This document shows positions 1 through 14,200 of a DNA stretch of 52,952 bases, piece after piece. The position numbers and the translations under genes are program-made. The stretch's first letter is position 1. Each line of letters opens with the position of its first letter. The stretch covers positions 1 to 52,952 of IMG/VR virus record IMGVR_UViG_3300027833_000068. The stretch is one strand, 5' to 3'. Source of the stretch: a virus (lineage: Duplodnaviria; Caudoviricetes). The notes below the pieces were generated by a model. It was not told the DNA's origin and ran no database searches. It was given only the letters and a program-made list of their open reading frames with translations.

Positions 1-1603
1 CAATAGTATTAAACAGTTCGGTTGCTTCTGTTTGTCTAATTTCTGTACCGTCACATAAGTACCATCCTGGAGGAGCAACTTCTCCGCCAAATGGCACAAT
101 CATTCCTACTGGATTAGTTGGAACACCCTTTAGTAAGTTAGATTGCGTAATTCTAAATAATCCGCCATCGCCCTGTGTTCTGTTTATTAATATTTCATCT
201 CCAGTTTGCGGAGTAACAACAACACTTTTATCTGTTATAAATCTATCACTAAGTACTGTTGTAAATGTCTTAGTTAAATCGCCTGCACCGTCAAACACAA
301 TAGCATCTGAACTTACATCGCCTGACAGTTGAAATACTGTTTTATTATTAAGTTTTGCTGCACTTGATGCTGTACCATTAATAGTACCTGACATACTTCC
401 GTTAAAAAATCCTTCAAATGTATCTGCTTTAACTGTACCAAAGCCTTCCATGTTTGGCTTAGTTAGTGCATCAGGGTCTGCAACAATATCGCCGCCTATA
501 TTTGTTTGACCTTTTACTGTAAGTTTGTTTCCAATTTTTACATTCTTAGCAACACTTAATCCACCGGAAGTTACAATAGTTCCTTCTGTTAGTGTATCAT
601 TAAATGAGGCATCTGCATCTTCTATACCGTTTACATCTAAGTTACCAGTAAATCTTCCGCTACCTGTAACATCTAATGGTACTTGAGGATTTTCGTTGTT
701 AATGCCTACATTAGTATCAGACTTAATCCTAATTGCTGTTTGCTCGCCTTGATCGTTTTTTACTTTAAAATCTAGACTAGCACCATTAAAGTTACTTTTT
801 ACAACTCCGCTTTCGCCCGATGCTTCAAGTGCAAGCTGTGAATTAGCACCTACTTGTACACCTTGGTTATTCTTTACATAAATTATGCCTGACGATGTTG
901 TGTTTACATCTGCACGTAAAAAGTTAGCTGCAGGAATTGCAACATTTTGTATTCTAAGAGAATCTGCTGATTCTGCTGTGCCGTTATATCTTGCAATAGT
1001 ATTAGATAGTGTTAAACTAGTTAGGTTAAATCCTGGTTTGAGTTCTGAAAAACCTCTAATATTTACTTTTGGTATAAATTGAGCGTTAGTAATAATTGCT
1101 ACTGGTTGTGCTCCGACTTCAACTTTTAATACAGTATAAGTTAAATCGTCAGTGCCTTGAATTTGTTCTGCTTTAGTACCAGATGAAAGACCTTCACTAA
1201 ATTCAGGACCTACTAATATCCAACTAGACCCATTATTTAAATATAGTTGCTGGTTACTAGTATCTACCCAAAGGTCACCTATTACACTATTACCAACTTC
1301 TGGTTGTGCGGCACCTTTTTTAATACCGCCGGACTCTACCCAGTTTGTTCCGTCATATACTTTAAGTGCATCAACTCCAACTGTTGTATCATACCATGTT
1401 TGGCCTTCTACAGGATTTGCTGGTGCATTGTTATTTGCAAAATTTTCTAACAAATGTAAGAAGTTACCTGCAATAGCTTCACCATATGCGGTACTATTTC
1501 TACCAGGTAATTGTAAACTAGTGTCTGTAGAGTTTATTTCTCTATCTTCGACAATAATCGATCCTTTATTTGTATAATCTGTGAATTGGATTTGATAAGC
1601 CAT
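1..1603 (-). CDS. Tail fibre/baseplate protein with tail-collar domain (runs off the left end of the window)
   Basis: Not in ORF track. ATG at 1603 overlaps the upstream stop (TAATG). Reads MAYQIQFTDYTNKGSIIVEDREINSTDTSLQLPGRNSTAYGEAIAGNFLHLLENFANNNAPANPVEGQTWYD...; near the window edge PVGMIVPFGGEVAPPGWYLCDG matches the phage tail-collar motif. Confidence 0.85.
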   Translation of the reverse strand, partial: MAYQIQFTDYTNKGSIIVEDREINSTDTSLQLPGRNSTAYGEAIAGNFLHLLENFANNNAPANPVEGQTWYDTTVGVDALKVYDGTNWVESGGIKKGAAQPEVGNSVIGDLWVDTSNQQLYLNNGSSWILVGPEFSEGLSSGTKAEQIQGTDDLTYTVLKVEVGAQPVAIITNAQFIPKVNIRGFSELKPGFNLTSLTLSNTIARYNGTAESADSLRIQNVAIPAANFLRADVNTTSSGIIYVKNNQGVQVGANSQLALEASGESGVVKSNFNGASLDFKVKNDQGEQTAIRIKSDTNVGINNENPQVPLDVTGSGRFTGNLDVNGIEDADASFNDTLTEGTIVTSGGLSVAKNVKIGNKLTVKGQTNIGGDIVADPDALTKPNMEGFGTVKADTFEGFFNGSMSGTINGTASSAAKLNNKTVFQLSGDVSSDAIVFDGAGDLTKTFTTVLSDRFITDKSVVVTPQTGDEILINRTQGDGGLFRITQSNLLKGVPTNPVGMIVPFGGEVAPPGWYLCDGTEIRQTEATELFNTI

Positions 1604-2223
1604 TAGCTATTACCTCCACTAAGGCTCTGTACTCTAACTGTATAGTCAACTTGTATTAGTCTATTAAGTGATTTTTGTACAGGATGGAAAATGACATGTG
1701 TTAGTAATCTACCATTACCTAAAACACCATCTGTACTAGCACTTCGTAACCCTAATTCGTCAAATACAAAACTATTATCTGCATCAGATGCTGTATCAAA
1801 TGCGTCTTGCCCATTTGGTTCACCGTAATCTAATAAACATGTAATAACAATATCAGTATAGTTAGTACCATTTACGTGCCTAGTTTCAATCTTATTTCTA
1901 GTAGGATCTAAATTATCTGTATTTCGATCATCAACTATTTTTGTAAATGTTTGATTGTATAATCCGGCGTTTGTACCTGTTGAGTTCGGAGTAAGGTATG
2001 TTATAACTCCTGTTGAATCTATATTTGTACCGCCATTACCAAAACTCATTACAGCAATAGGCCCTTGCCCTGCGTTGCCCAAAGACTCTGCAAGTGCAAT
2101 ACTCATATTTTCATAGTGTATAGCGTTCTTTTTGTTTACAAAAACTTCGCCACTGGCCGGGTCACTTATTTTAATGTGACCTTGCACAAATACACCGCTT
2201 TTTTCATTTATTGTGTTTGTCAT
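1603..2223 (-). CDS. Conserved virion/baseplate-associated hypothetical protein (206 aa)
   Basis: Clean ORF with AGGA SD inside the tail module; C-terminal FDELGL...LLTHVIFHPVQKSLNR motif typical of tail-associated phage proteins. Confidence 0.7.
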   Translation of the reverse strand: MTNTINEKSGVFVQGHIKISDPASGEVFVNKKNAIHYENMSIALAESLGNAGQGPIAVMSFGNGGTNIDSTGVITYLTPNSTGTNAGLYNQTFTKIVDDRNTDNLDPTRNKIETRHVNGTNYTDIVITCLLDYGEPNGQDAFDTASDADNSFVFDELGLRSASTDGVLGNGRLLTHVIFHPVQKSLNRLIQVDYTVRVQSLSGGNS

Positions 2224-2244
2224 TTTCTATTCCTACTAGTATAT

Positions 2245-5200
2245 TTATTCGGGTAATTCACTTTGCGCTCCACGTAAGAAACTACCGATATCGTTTTGAG
2301 CATCTTTTAATGGAGTGCCCGGTGTTGTCCACAATTTGCCTATTTTCCTAATAACAACTAACTTTTGATTTGCACTCATTGGGTTAGTTAATGTTAGTAC
2401 ATTGCCACTTACAGTGAACTCTGCTGGTGTATTTACATCACCTTCCGGTGAGTCAATGGCTATAGCTGGATTAAACTTAACTATAGCAGCTTTATTTAAC
2501 CTCGTTCCTGCAGCAAATACTTCAAATTCATTTACACTATTTGGAGTAAAATCAAGTGTAAAATCAGTTTGTCCTTCAGTTACAGCATCTACTGGTGACC
2601 AAACTATTGTTTCGTCACGGTATGGAATATTTTTATCTATTCCGCCACCGTATACTGGTGTATTTGTTGGATATGTATCTTTAACTCCTGTGCCCAAAGT
2701 ACCTCTTCTAAGTTGTCTTAGATCATTGCCTGTTTTAGCAAAGTATTCTATGCGTTCTCCGTCTAGCCAAATTACGCCTGGCTTATTAGAACGCTTATCA
2801 GGTGTTGGTAATCTGTCTGCTCCTTCAACAACTACAACTCTAAGATCATCATAATTTAATGGTTGAGATAGTTTAATTCCATCGTTGTTATCAACACGTT
2901 TATAATGTGTTCTATTTAAAATATCTTTAAATTGTTGCCATGCAATAGTTGGTGTACTAATTGGTGCTGTAAAGTGTATAATATCAATTATATCATTTTC
3001 AGCAGGCACTGTTACTAACTGTATAACCTTCATATTAGATTCTAATTTATAATCAACACTTGGTGCTAACATTCTACCATTTTGGAATATCCAAACATTT
3101 TCTACACCGGATGCTGGCGAATTAAGTTCTATTCTGCCTCCAGTTAAAGAGTGGTAAGCTGAATAGTTATCTGTTCCAGGTGTTAATGTACTTCTATTAA
3201 TAACATCATAACTTATACGGTTAATATCTACAATATCATGATTACTAAATGTATACACATTTATTTCTTGATCTTCAATTGGCGCACTATTAAATGTAAC
3301 TTGGTTACCTACTACCCTGTAGTCTGCATTTCTAAAGTATACTGATAATATGTCGTTTTCTGATAGTATATTGTTTTCTAAAATAATACTACTTTGCCCA
3401 ATATTAACAGCATAACTATCTTGTTGATTTAAAAGGTTGCCATTTAAGTAAACTTCTGTATCAGCAGCACTTAATGTTGATTCCTGTACTTGGAAGGTTT
3501 CTAACTCGTACTCTCTAAGTGTAGGATCTGTAATTTTAAATATCTTAGAATAGCCTGGCTTCTTAACAATTCCGTCTACTTCAACAATAGTAAAAAACTC
3601 TGCTGGTGTTTCGTAGATTGCACTAGTTGATAAGTTGTATGTAACACTTGACCCGTCTGCAATTATATTATCTTTTTGTATTTTACTATAATTAATTTGA
3701 TCACTGTTTGAATAAATTTCATAATCTAATCTAGTACCAACTACTGGTGGTTGTGGACTAAACACAAATTCAATAAATCCGTTAACATTATCTTTCCTTG
3801 CAATAAGCTCAAGTCCGTCTGGTGTGTTACCATCTTTTCTAAGGAAGATTTGATAATTATCGTCCCAAAGTATGTTTGTTTGATATACATTTTCATCGGC
3901 TACACTAATTATTGTACCTATATCAATTATGTTTTGACCGTTTACGCCAACTGTTAAAATTGTTAATATTTGATCAGTTACCGGAGCAACTTTAAATGCC
4001 AATGTAAGTGTTTTATAATCAACAGTATACAAACTAGCATCAATTATTGTATTACCTAATTTAACAATAACAGCATCGTTGCTGTTTGGTAACAATCCTA
4101 ATGGGTACTCAGTTGTTGTTCCGTCAGTTATATAATTTTGATTATATATTTGTCCTTGGCCTTCACCGGTTCTTTCAAACACTGTAATATTGACCGAGTC
4201 CATAACTTGCCCGTTAACTAATTCTTCAGGACCGCCTGCATTTAGCGGAGTAACAAATAAATCACCGTCTAAAATAATATCATCTGCGTTTACACCTGCT
4301 GCATTACCATAGTCTAATTGGCCGCCTGTTAACAGTGTGTCATAAGAATCAGGATCTGGTTTAAAACTACCATCACTAGTTATTTTTCTTATAGTAACAA
4401 TATCACCATCGCTAACTTCTATATCGTTTTCTGCTAAATTAATAGTCTGTGTTACACCGTCACCTGTAAGTGTTTGCATCTTTGCAAGTGTATTTGCAGG
4501 ATTATTACCGTAGTTAGGATCATCAATTCTAATTGCTTTAGTTTGTCCAGAACGTTTTAGGTATACATTATATTGTATTCCGTCTTCTAATGGATTATCT
4601 AGTTCTATAGCAACAGTAGTGCCGTCTGCAAAGAATATTTCGTCTTGGAATTCGTTATCATAGCTATCCCAAGTATCTGCACCATACTCGTCAGTCATCC
4701 AACCCGATGTACCTTCGAACCCAAAGCTCTTAACTTCAACTCCGCCATAGTCAATGCCAGTCATTAATTGACTTAATTCTTTACCTAGCATTCCTGTAGT
4801 AGGATTATACAAATGGTTTATTCTGTCTTGTGCATTTAGTATAGTTGATTGTTTTTCATACTCTACGACAATTATTGATCCTAGCGGCGGTGTTGTTGTA
4901 AGTTGTACTTGCCCTTTGTATCGCTTATAGGTATAAGTATTGTCTTCTATATTAGTAAACGTATACTCACTACGTAGTAAAATTTGACCATTTAACGTAA
5001 TTTTTACTTTGTTACGTCTTAAGTTCATTGGCCATTTTAGTGCAAACTTATCGTTAATTGCTGTACCAGTAAATGTTTCTGTTTCTGGTAATTCAATTAT
5101 AACATATTCGCCCGATACTCTATCAAACTTCATTTCGACATGCATACTTCTAACAACAGTTTCGCCTATTTGTGCTGATGCTATTGCTGTTGTAGATCCG

Positions 5201-8200
5201 TCTGCCTGTGATCCAGTAATAGTAACTGTTGGTGCAGATGTATATCCAGTACCTGTATTTGTAACTACAATGTTTACAACTTTGCCTGCACCAAGATATG
5301 CTTTTGCTGTTGCACCTGTGCCGCCTCCGCCTGCAATAGTAACTGTTGGAGGATATGTATAATTACTTCCGCCATTGTAAATGTTTACAGCAATAACTTT
5401 AAATCCGTAGTTCTCGCTCCAGTTTTTATATGGATAATCATCAAAGAACGAATCTACACCAACTAATGAGTTGTCAGTAATTTTAACTGACTTAGTTTTG
5501 ATTCCGTTTTGTGTAAAATCATAATAAGGAGGAACATCAAAATCACTTGTTTGTGTTTTTGTGTTATCAACGTTTTCATAAGAACTTAAATATTCACGTA
5601 CATTTGTTTTGTAAGGCTTAACTTCGTTTATGTAGTCATTGTAACTTTCTAAATTATCATTCTGATAATTTATTTTTTGTGTTAAGTCGCCTACATTATG
5701 TTTTGCTTTTACAAAACTTGTTTTATAAACCCAATCAACATTTTGTTGTTCTGAAAGCACATATCTAATACTTGCAAAAAACAGCTCTTGCCATTTAACA
5801 GCAAGATTGTCAACAAATATATCATTCTTTAGTGCTGTCATTATTTGTCTGGCTTCTGTAACAGGTTCAGTATCAAAGAATCTATTATCGTAACCTAATA
5901 AGTCGTAACCAACAGTGTTTTCAATAACATTGTATAGTTTACTATTAATTTCAATTGTGCCGTTTTCTCTGCCAATTGTATCATAGTCAATTGTGTAATC
6001 AGTTGAGTTTGTTTCTGCTGTACGTTTTAGTAGTAACCAGCCGCCGTTGCCAATATTGTCAATTTTTACAATTTGTCCAAGTTTAGCATTTGTTGACGCT
6101 AGTTGGTAACTTTCGTCTACTCTATGATCAATTCTAGTAAACTGAGTATAGTTAGGTGCATACCAATCTACATAATCCCAATATTCTGTAGTATCGTAAC
6201 TTTGTGATAGTATTCTGTTCCATACGTTTGAATTTTTATTGTATTCGTATGTAGCCCATTTGTTATTTACTGTTGAATCATTTTCAACAAGTACTGTAAG
6301 TGGTCTAACTTCAATTCTTAAATTTTCATCGTATCCAGATCCACCATTAATAATATTTACTTTACTAATTTGACCTAAGTTATTAATCTCTAAATTAAAA
6401 TCTAGTCCGCTGCCGTTGCCAAATAATTCAAAACTTGGTCCATGTCTAACAGTTGATGTTGTAATATCATATGTAGGGTCTGAATATCCTCTACCAGAAT
6501 TTATTATTCTTATATCTGTAACAGTGCCGCCATGTATTGATGCTCGAAGTATCGCTGTTTGTATTTTATTAATGCCAATAAAATCAAGCTCATCCAATGT
6601 ATCAATTTTATAATCATATGTTCTATTAGTAACAAAAGGTTGTACATCGGCACTATTAAGTGTACTAAAACTAAAATCATCTACAATAATATTTTCTTTT
6701 AAAGTTATATTTGCTCTTTCAATAACTTGTTTGAATGCTTCTTGTCTATTTACAAACCAACTTTGTCTTGGACTGTTTAATGTTCCGTATTTTTCTCGTA
6801 AACTTAACTCTGGATTCGGAACAGGTCGACCCCTAGTGTCGTATCCAATTAAACTATCAATCCACTTTCTTTCTATATCTGCTTTAGGAACACTTGTTTC
6901 TAAGCCTTCTGTAACAATATGATATTCAAGATGTGAATTCTGTTCTTGTGTATCTTGTGTATAGTAACTTACATGTAATGCAACGTCTTTATCTTTAAGT
7001 AGGCGCTCGCTATTATATAACACAAATCTGTCATTACTTAATAATGCTAAGAAACTATAACCTTGTCCTCTTGGATTTCCAATTAATCCTTCTGCTTCAA
7101 ACCCACTAATTGATCTTGTTGGATCACCAGCTGGTATTGTTTTCTTATTTTTTACCCAGAAGTAATACTTGTCGCTAAATGTTTGGGACAATGTATCGTA
7201 TGCTAGTTTTTGACTATATGCATTATTACCATACTTAGACGTTCCGCTAATACCTTTAGCATAACCTTCACTTGTGTCTGCTAATGAATCCCATTTATCT
7301 GGGGGAATGGTGCTTTCAACCCATTCATAAACATCAACTGAGTAGTTAGGTATTAATTTACTCCAGACATTTGCTTGATTAACAATGTCTTGTTGATATG
7401 GATTATAGAATCTTGTTGTGCTAAGATCCCACCATAATTTTCCTACATACTTTTCTTCCCAATTACTTGTTTCGCTAAAGTAATCAGGTAGTGTTGTAAC
7501 ATTGTAACGTGCAAGGTCAATATTAGATTTAAATGTTAATTCTTGTTCTGCTGGTCCTGCAATTTTACCTTGTATTGGATCAATATAATCTAAGTACTCA
7601 ACAAGGCTATTTGTTTTTGTATTATACAAAAATGCTGATTTAATCTTTTTAATATCAACAATTTCATTAGGTGATCTTAATGTAGTCCAAGGTTTAGTAC
7701 CCCGATTAACTTGATAATCAACAAAACTGCCTGGATTTGTATCTTCAGTATAGTAATCATTTGGATCACCAGGTACACCAACATAAACATGATTGTCATT
7801 AATTAATACTTGCTCACCAAATCTACTTGCTGATAATACTGTAAGGTCACCATCATAATCTAGTTCTTCTGCTAGTATAAATGCATCCTTTACTTTTTGA
7901 TACAGCCTAACACTTCCGCTATCAATTTTCTTATCGGGGAAGGATGTAAATGTATCGTCAAATGTTGTTATGGCGCCATCGAATAATGTATCAGTTGCTA
8001 CATCACCGTTTCCGCTTGTAACAGCAATTATATCTTTTGAAATACTAACTTTGTTACCAAACTTTTCTGATTGTGTGCCTGTACCGGATAATACTTGGTG
8101 CATTTCAAATGTGCTGTTTGATTTAGCGTACACATAAACTTTTCCTGTATTGTATCCGTCTATATCACTTTCAGGATCTGCAATAACTAAAGTGTCTCCA

Positions 8201-11200
8201 TCTTCACTAAGATCAATACTACTGCCCCAACCAGTGTTTGATACTGGTGCAACAATTGTTTGATCTATTACATACCTGTCATCTAATATTCTATACACAA
8301 GAACTTTGTTATCTGCATCAACAGACACATCTGTTACAATACTAATTGCAAGTACTTGTCCATTATCGCTTACTGTAATTTGTTTAGTAAAGTCTGTTAC
8401 ACTTTCGCCTAAGTCGTCAAACGCCGGATCGTTAAATATATTAACAGCATTTGGTAAAGTTGGCAAATAGTTAACTTGACTGTTAAGTATTCTCCACTTA
8501 AGAGTGCTTGTCGGTGTTACACCTTTAACAAAAGTTAATGCAGAATATAATTGGTTACTATATAACACAATTTCATCTGTTTTATATGTTGCGTCTACAT
8601 TATATTCACCTCTGTAATGAGGATTAATATCAAATGCATAGTTATATTGTTTGCCGTACTTGTCAGTACCGTGTTTTATAACTGTTAAATTTTCTTTTGA
8701 TCCAATGTAGAATCTATATAAATCATTTTCTTGACTTACAGCAACTTGCTGACCTACATTACTATTTGTACTACTATTAGGAATTTCAAAAGTGCCTCGG
8801 TTAACCCATGTACTACCTATTCTGTTAAAGATACTGTAGACACCTTGGTTAGCTGGCTTGCTTACTTGTGACCCTGCTGTAGTAACTGGCAGGTTGTAAA
8901 CTAATTGCCAATCACTATTTGATGTACTAGGAATACTTGCTGGAGCATCTGTTCCGGCCTCTGTTAAGTTTTCTTTGTAAATCCAAAATTCTTTGTTTAC
9001 ATATGCAAAAGAATTTAAATCTCTAAACTGATCTAAACCACCATATGACTCTGGGTGAGCTGGAAACGTTGTTCCTTTTTGCATTACAGCAATTTTACCT
9101 GTATTATTTCCTGTTACAGATATTTTATTGATCGGACCCATGATACGCAAGTTATCTAGTTCTGCTACGCCTTCTTTTGTTTCAAGTAACATTCTGTTGC
9201 CTTGTACAAAAGTGCCTGTAACATCTTTAAGATAAACTCTGCCTTGATCAGTAGCTCTTCGAATATAATAAGCTACTCTAGCCCTTGCACCTGTAATTTC
9301 ATCTCTTATAAAGTCGCCATCTGCTCCATTTATATTTACAATTACACCGTTTATGTCTGTAAACACTTTGCCTATGTATGCAGGTTCAAAGAAGTCGCCA
9401 GTATCAATGTCCTGGTCTGATAACATAACAACGTCTGCACCCTGTGTTTTAGTAAATGTAAAGTCAATATATCCTTCCCACATATCTATAACAGTGTGTT
9501 CGTTGTCGTTAATATAACTAGCGTCAATACCTAGTAAATCAAAATCCGCTGGTACCGCTTGATCGTCAATGTAAGCTCTAAATTTATCGTTAGGCTGATT
9601 AATTTGTCCAGCTAAACTTGGAGGTATTCTAAGTAACCATCTATTATCTAAAATATTTTGTACACCATCATTATCAACATTAGTGTATGCTGCACCTCTA
9701 TGGGATAGTACACTTGCAAATCCCGGTTCATCTCTAGTTGGAAAAATAGTAGAGTTAACATCATCAAGTATGTTGTTATAAAAGTTTGGTGTTGTTCTTG
9801 CATACGAGTCATTAACTTCGTCGTAAACTAATATATCTTGATATACTAAACCATACGCAGGAATACCATAATCACTAGGATTAGTAAATTCATCCGATGT
9901 TAAGTAAGTTTGGGTAGCAGGCATATTGATATACCACCAACCACCAATTGCGTTAGTTGTGCCATTGTAATTAGGCTGTGTATAATTACCAATTAATGTA
10001 CCATTAGAATTATTAATAGTACCTGATGGTCCAAATATTCCGTTAGTATCTTTTATGTAAAGTACAAGTTTAAAGTCTCTTTGGAATGCTTTATAAATTG
10101 TTGCTGAACCACTTGCTGTTTCAATTATGTCGCCGTCTTGTGGCGGATCTGTAAATGGCTCTACAAGCAATACTGAATCAATTTTTTCTATAATTAAATG
10201 CTCGCCTTCGATAAAGTTTGCATTTGGTTCAGTGTATTGTGATGCTGTATTTTGTGCGTTAATTCCTTGCGGAAACAATTCAACTGAGTTAGACGAACCT
10301 GTATTTCGATTAAAGTTAGTAAACGAATTCCAATTAAGTACTAACTTGTCTTGAGGTTTTGTACCTCTGTATTGGTCAAACGGTGCAGCTATTAATAAAT
10401 GGTCTGTTGAAGTATTAGGAAGGTATGGATTACCTTGTAATACCAATGTTAATAAACTACTGTCACTTGCTCTTTCAAGATTTGCATAACTATCAAACGT
10501 ACTAAATGCAATGCTTCCACTTTCAGGAGTAATAGTTCTTACAGCCTTCCAATAGTTTTCGTCATACTTAACTATGTCATTTTCGCTGTACTCTATGCTT
10601 GTTGCATAGTTACTTTTATAATTTGATGCTACGTCAGACGCTGTGCTAGAACCTACAATAAGATACTTACCATCAGCACTAATGTCAATATCTGTACCAA
10701 AACGGTGATCGTCACTTACTGGGTAAACACTAGTATCTAATTCAAGTGTTGCTTCGTAAAGTAACTCTCTTAAATTTGACCCTCTTTGATAAGTGTAAAC
10801 TAATCCTTTATTGTTATTAGCACTATGGTCTCCAAACGCTAATTTAGTATTTGAAGAATTTGATGTCATTGAAGACCCAAACTCGTATGTCGAAGTGTTA
10901 TCGTAGTCTGACGGATTATTGTAATGTGTTTTTTCTGTGTAAACACTATTCTTAATCGGAACTATCCAATTGCCTGTATCACCTACCCATATTTTTTGAT
11001 TTTTTAGAACTTTATTTTCTAGTATAGCATTTGCTTCTTTTATAGTGTCATATTTTACTGACCTAAGTACACTAACAAATCCATCTGTTTCTTCTAACGT
11101 TTCAATTGTTTGATTTTGACCTGACAGCACTTCGATAGAATTAGCAAACACTGATTCAACTGAGTAAAATGCATCGTTAGATGCTGATGTACTTTGTACA

Positions 11201-14200
11201 CCAATAATATCACCTCTAACAAACGGATGAGCTTTATTAAATGTAAACAAGCCTCCCGGTCCTTCAGTGCCATCTATTGTATCTCGTCCTGCAGCAAATG
11301 ATGATATTGCTGTTACTCGCAGGTCAGTAGTAACATGCTGAAGTACGTCCCAGTTACTATTTTCTCCTGTTACCCAAACATAATCATCTGCACCTATAAC
11401 AGATATATCAGCTGTAAGTATGTCTGACTTATCATTAATTCTGTAACTAATATCTTGATCAAATACAAATCCAGCGTCTTTTACAAACGATGTGTAATCA
11501 GTAATTGTTGGAAACGGTTTATGATCGTAGTTTTGTGGCTTTAAATATACTTCTTCAGGAGTTAATTTGTAAATAGTATCGGTATCATTGGCTGGTATAC
11601 TAGATACTAATTCAATTGGTTGCGGATTAGTTTTAATTTTTGACTCGTCAAGTAAAAACTCTACATTATCAAAATTTTCAGTTGCGCCATATTGACCTAC
11701 TCTTAACGCCCATTCTTCGTAAAATTCTAAACTTTCTTTGTCAGCACTCGCAAGTGCATCAAATAAATTAATTAAAGAATTTGATGTTCCTTTATCTTGT
11801 AACATACCTTGATAAAACTTATATTGTGAAACTTCATCATTAATAATGTTTTCAAGATATTTTCTTTTCTGGTAACCAATTAAATGTTGTGCATGTTTCT
11901 GTTGCTCTAGATCAAAGTTGTCTGTATCTAAATCATAAAAGTCTGCAAACTGATTTATTTTGTATTCAAAGTTTGGTATTAGTTTTGCTTCTGGACGTTC
12001 GTCTAAACGTTGCCATTGGTTGTCAATAAAGAATTCTGTCCCAGTAACATCTATTATTGCAACATAATAAAATTCTTTGTGTTTTACTAGCTTTCCTATT
12101 CCGTAATCTTTATAAGGCGTCCAATCTCTTACTTCAGCTTCGTCATAAACAAATCCAGGAATATTTAATCCGCCACTCCAATTATCACTTCTATAACCAG
12201 TAACTTTAATTCTCTCTTGTCTGTAACCTGCTTCTTGGTCGTAAATTACATCTCCAAAAACTGTTTTATTATCTAATAATATAACATGTTCTCTTTGTAC
12301 TAACGGAAGTTTTACACTGTAAATGCCGTCTGCTGAATTTTTAACAGTTAGCCCAAACTGGTTTTCACTGTCTCTAGCAATACTACTAAAGCTCTTATCT
12401 AATTTTTGACCATCTGCTTTTAATAAACTATAATCATAAAAATTATCAAAGATATTATCAACTACAACATATGGACGGGTAAAGTTAAATTGTTGTGCGC
12501 CTGGACTAAGTGTAATAACTGTGCCTGCTGCCCAATTCTGTGTGGTCCAGAACATAAATTCTTTTACACTGTAAGTCCAATCTTCAACTACACTAATATC
12601 TTTATTGTAGTATTCAAATACAAAACCTTGCTGTTTTAAATACGCTTCATAGCCCAATAAAAAGTCAACTACGTCTTGTGTTGTTCTTAGTAATGTACCG
12701 TATGATATAGTCTTAACTCTGTTTGTAAACTGTCGTCTAAGTACATTTGACCTGCCTCCAACTAACGGAAGCTCTGCCAATTTAGACATTTTAGTAGTAT
12801 CAAAAGATTGTCCACTTACATGACTGTCGCTTACTCTATAGTAAAAGCTATCAAATCTTACATTTTGGCCTTTAACATATTGTTTGCCTGAATCCCAATT
12901 AACAAATGTTTCTGATATTCCGCCAATATTAATTACAGGATCCCTTTGACTTGCAATAGGCTCGTAGTATTTAAATGTTGATAATGCCTGATCGTAACCC
13001 TTTACTACATACCCATTTGTATTTTTTTGTATAACAACACCGCTGTAAGTTGCGATATCAACTGGTGACGAAGTATTAAGAAATAACTTATAATTTTCTG
13101 TAGGTACAAAAACATTACCTTGATTTAATGGGGTTCTGCTATCTAATATTAATTTAAACTTACTCTTATCTGTAAAGCCGCCTACTTTTAATGCTAGTCT
13201 GTTAGACAATGATGTTAATTCTGTTTGATATTCATTATAGTTTGTATTAATATCACTTACAATATAATTGTATATAAAGTTTACGAGTCCACTAGTTATA
13301 ACTCTTTGATTATCAGTATATGTATTAGGAAATAATAAATCTTTTAATCTAATAATAGCATTAGTAGGTTTGTAAACAAGGTTGCCTACTTTATTTCTTT
13401 CAATCCTTGATAAATCAAACGCTGTGCCCATTACTTTTGCAGGTTGATTTAATAACCATGAAGTAATTAATGCAAACGGATATTCACTACTTTTTCTCCA
13501 AGCACTCTCAGCAGGAGTATGGTCTCCAAATGCATAAGGATCTCTTGTCTTAACAGCAATAAAGTTTTGTGCATAGTTGCTGTCTAACGGACTTAATAAA
13601 TTACCATTTTCGTCTACCGGTATATGATTAACTAAATTTGGTCTTTTGTATTTCTTAACTACTTTTGCAGGAACACCAGGTTCTCTTACAATACCATTTT
13701 GTAAATCTTCCCAAAGTACAAAGTTATTTCTAGTATACGGAGCTGCACCGTATTCTGTTTCCCACCATGTTGGCTTAATACTAAATCCTAACATTTCCCA
13801 AGGATGACTGTGAGGACGATCAGTATCGTATGCGTTTATATATACGCCTCTCCAAAATCCAGGTAACGTATTACCTTGTGGAGATGACATATTTTTATAG
13901 TTGTATCTAAATGTATCAGTGTCTTTCCAAAAACTATTAGAAGTATAATCAGGATCGCCTGCAATAACACTCCACTGTACAAAATCCGAAACCATTGCAT
14001 TATTAATATCAATATTATTAAACCCTGTATCTCTAAAGTTGCCGCCTTGGAAATCAGTGATGTCAAAAATGTCTGTGTTGTACTTTTGTTTTAAATTATT
14101 ATATATTCTTCTTTCAAAATCTAATATTAAGTTATCTCTAAAATCCCCGTAAGCAAACGTAATGCTTCCGTCATGACCTTGAATAACAGTCTTTGGTGTT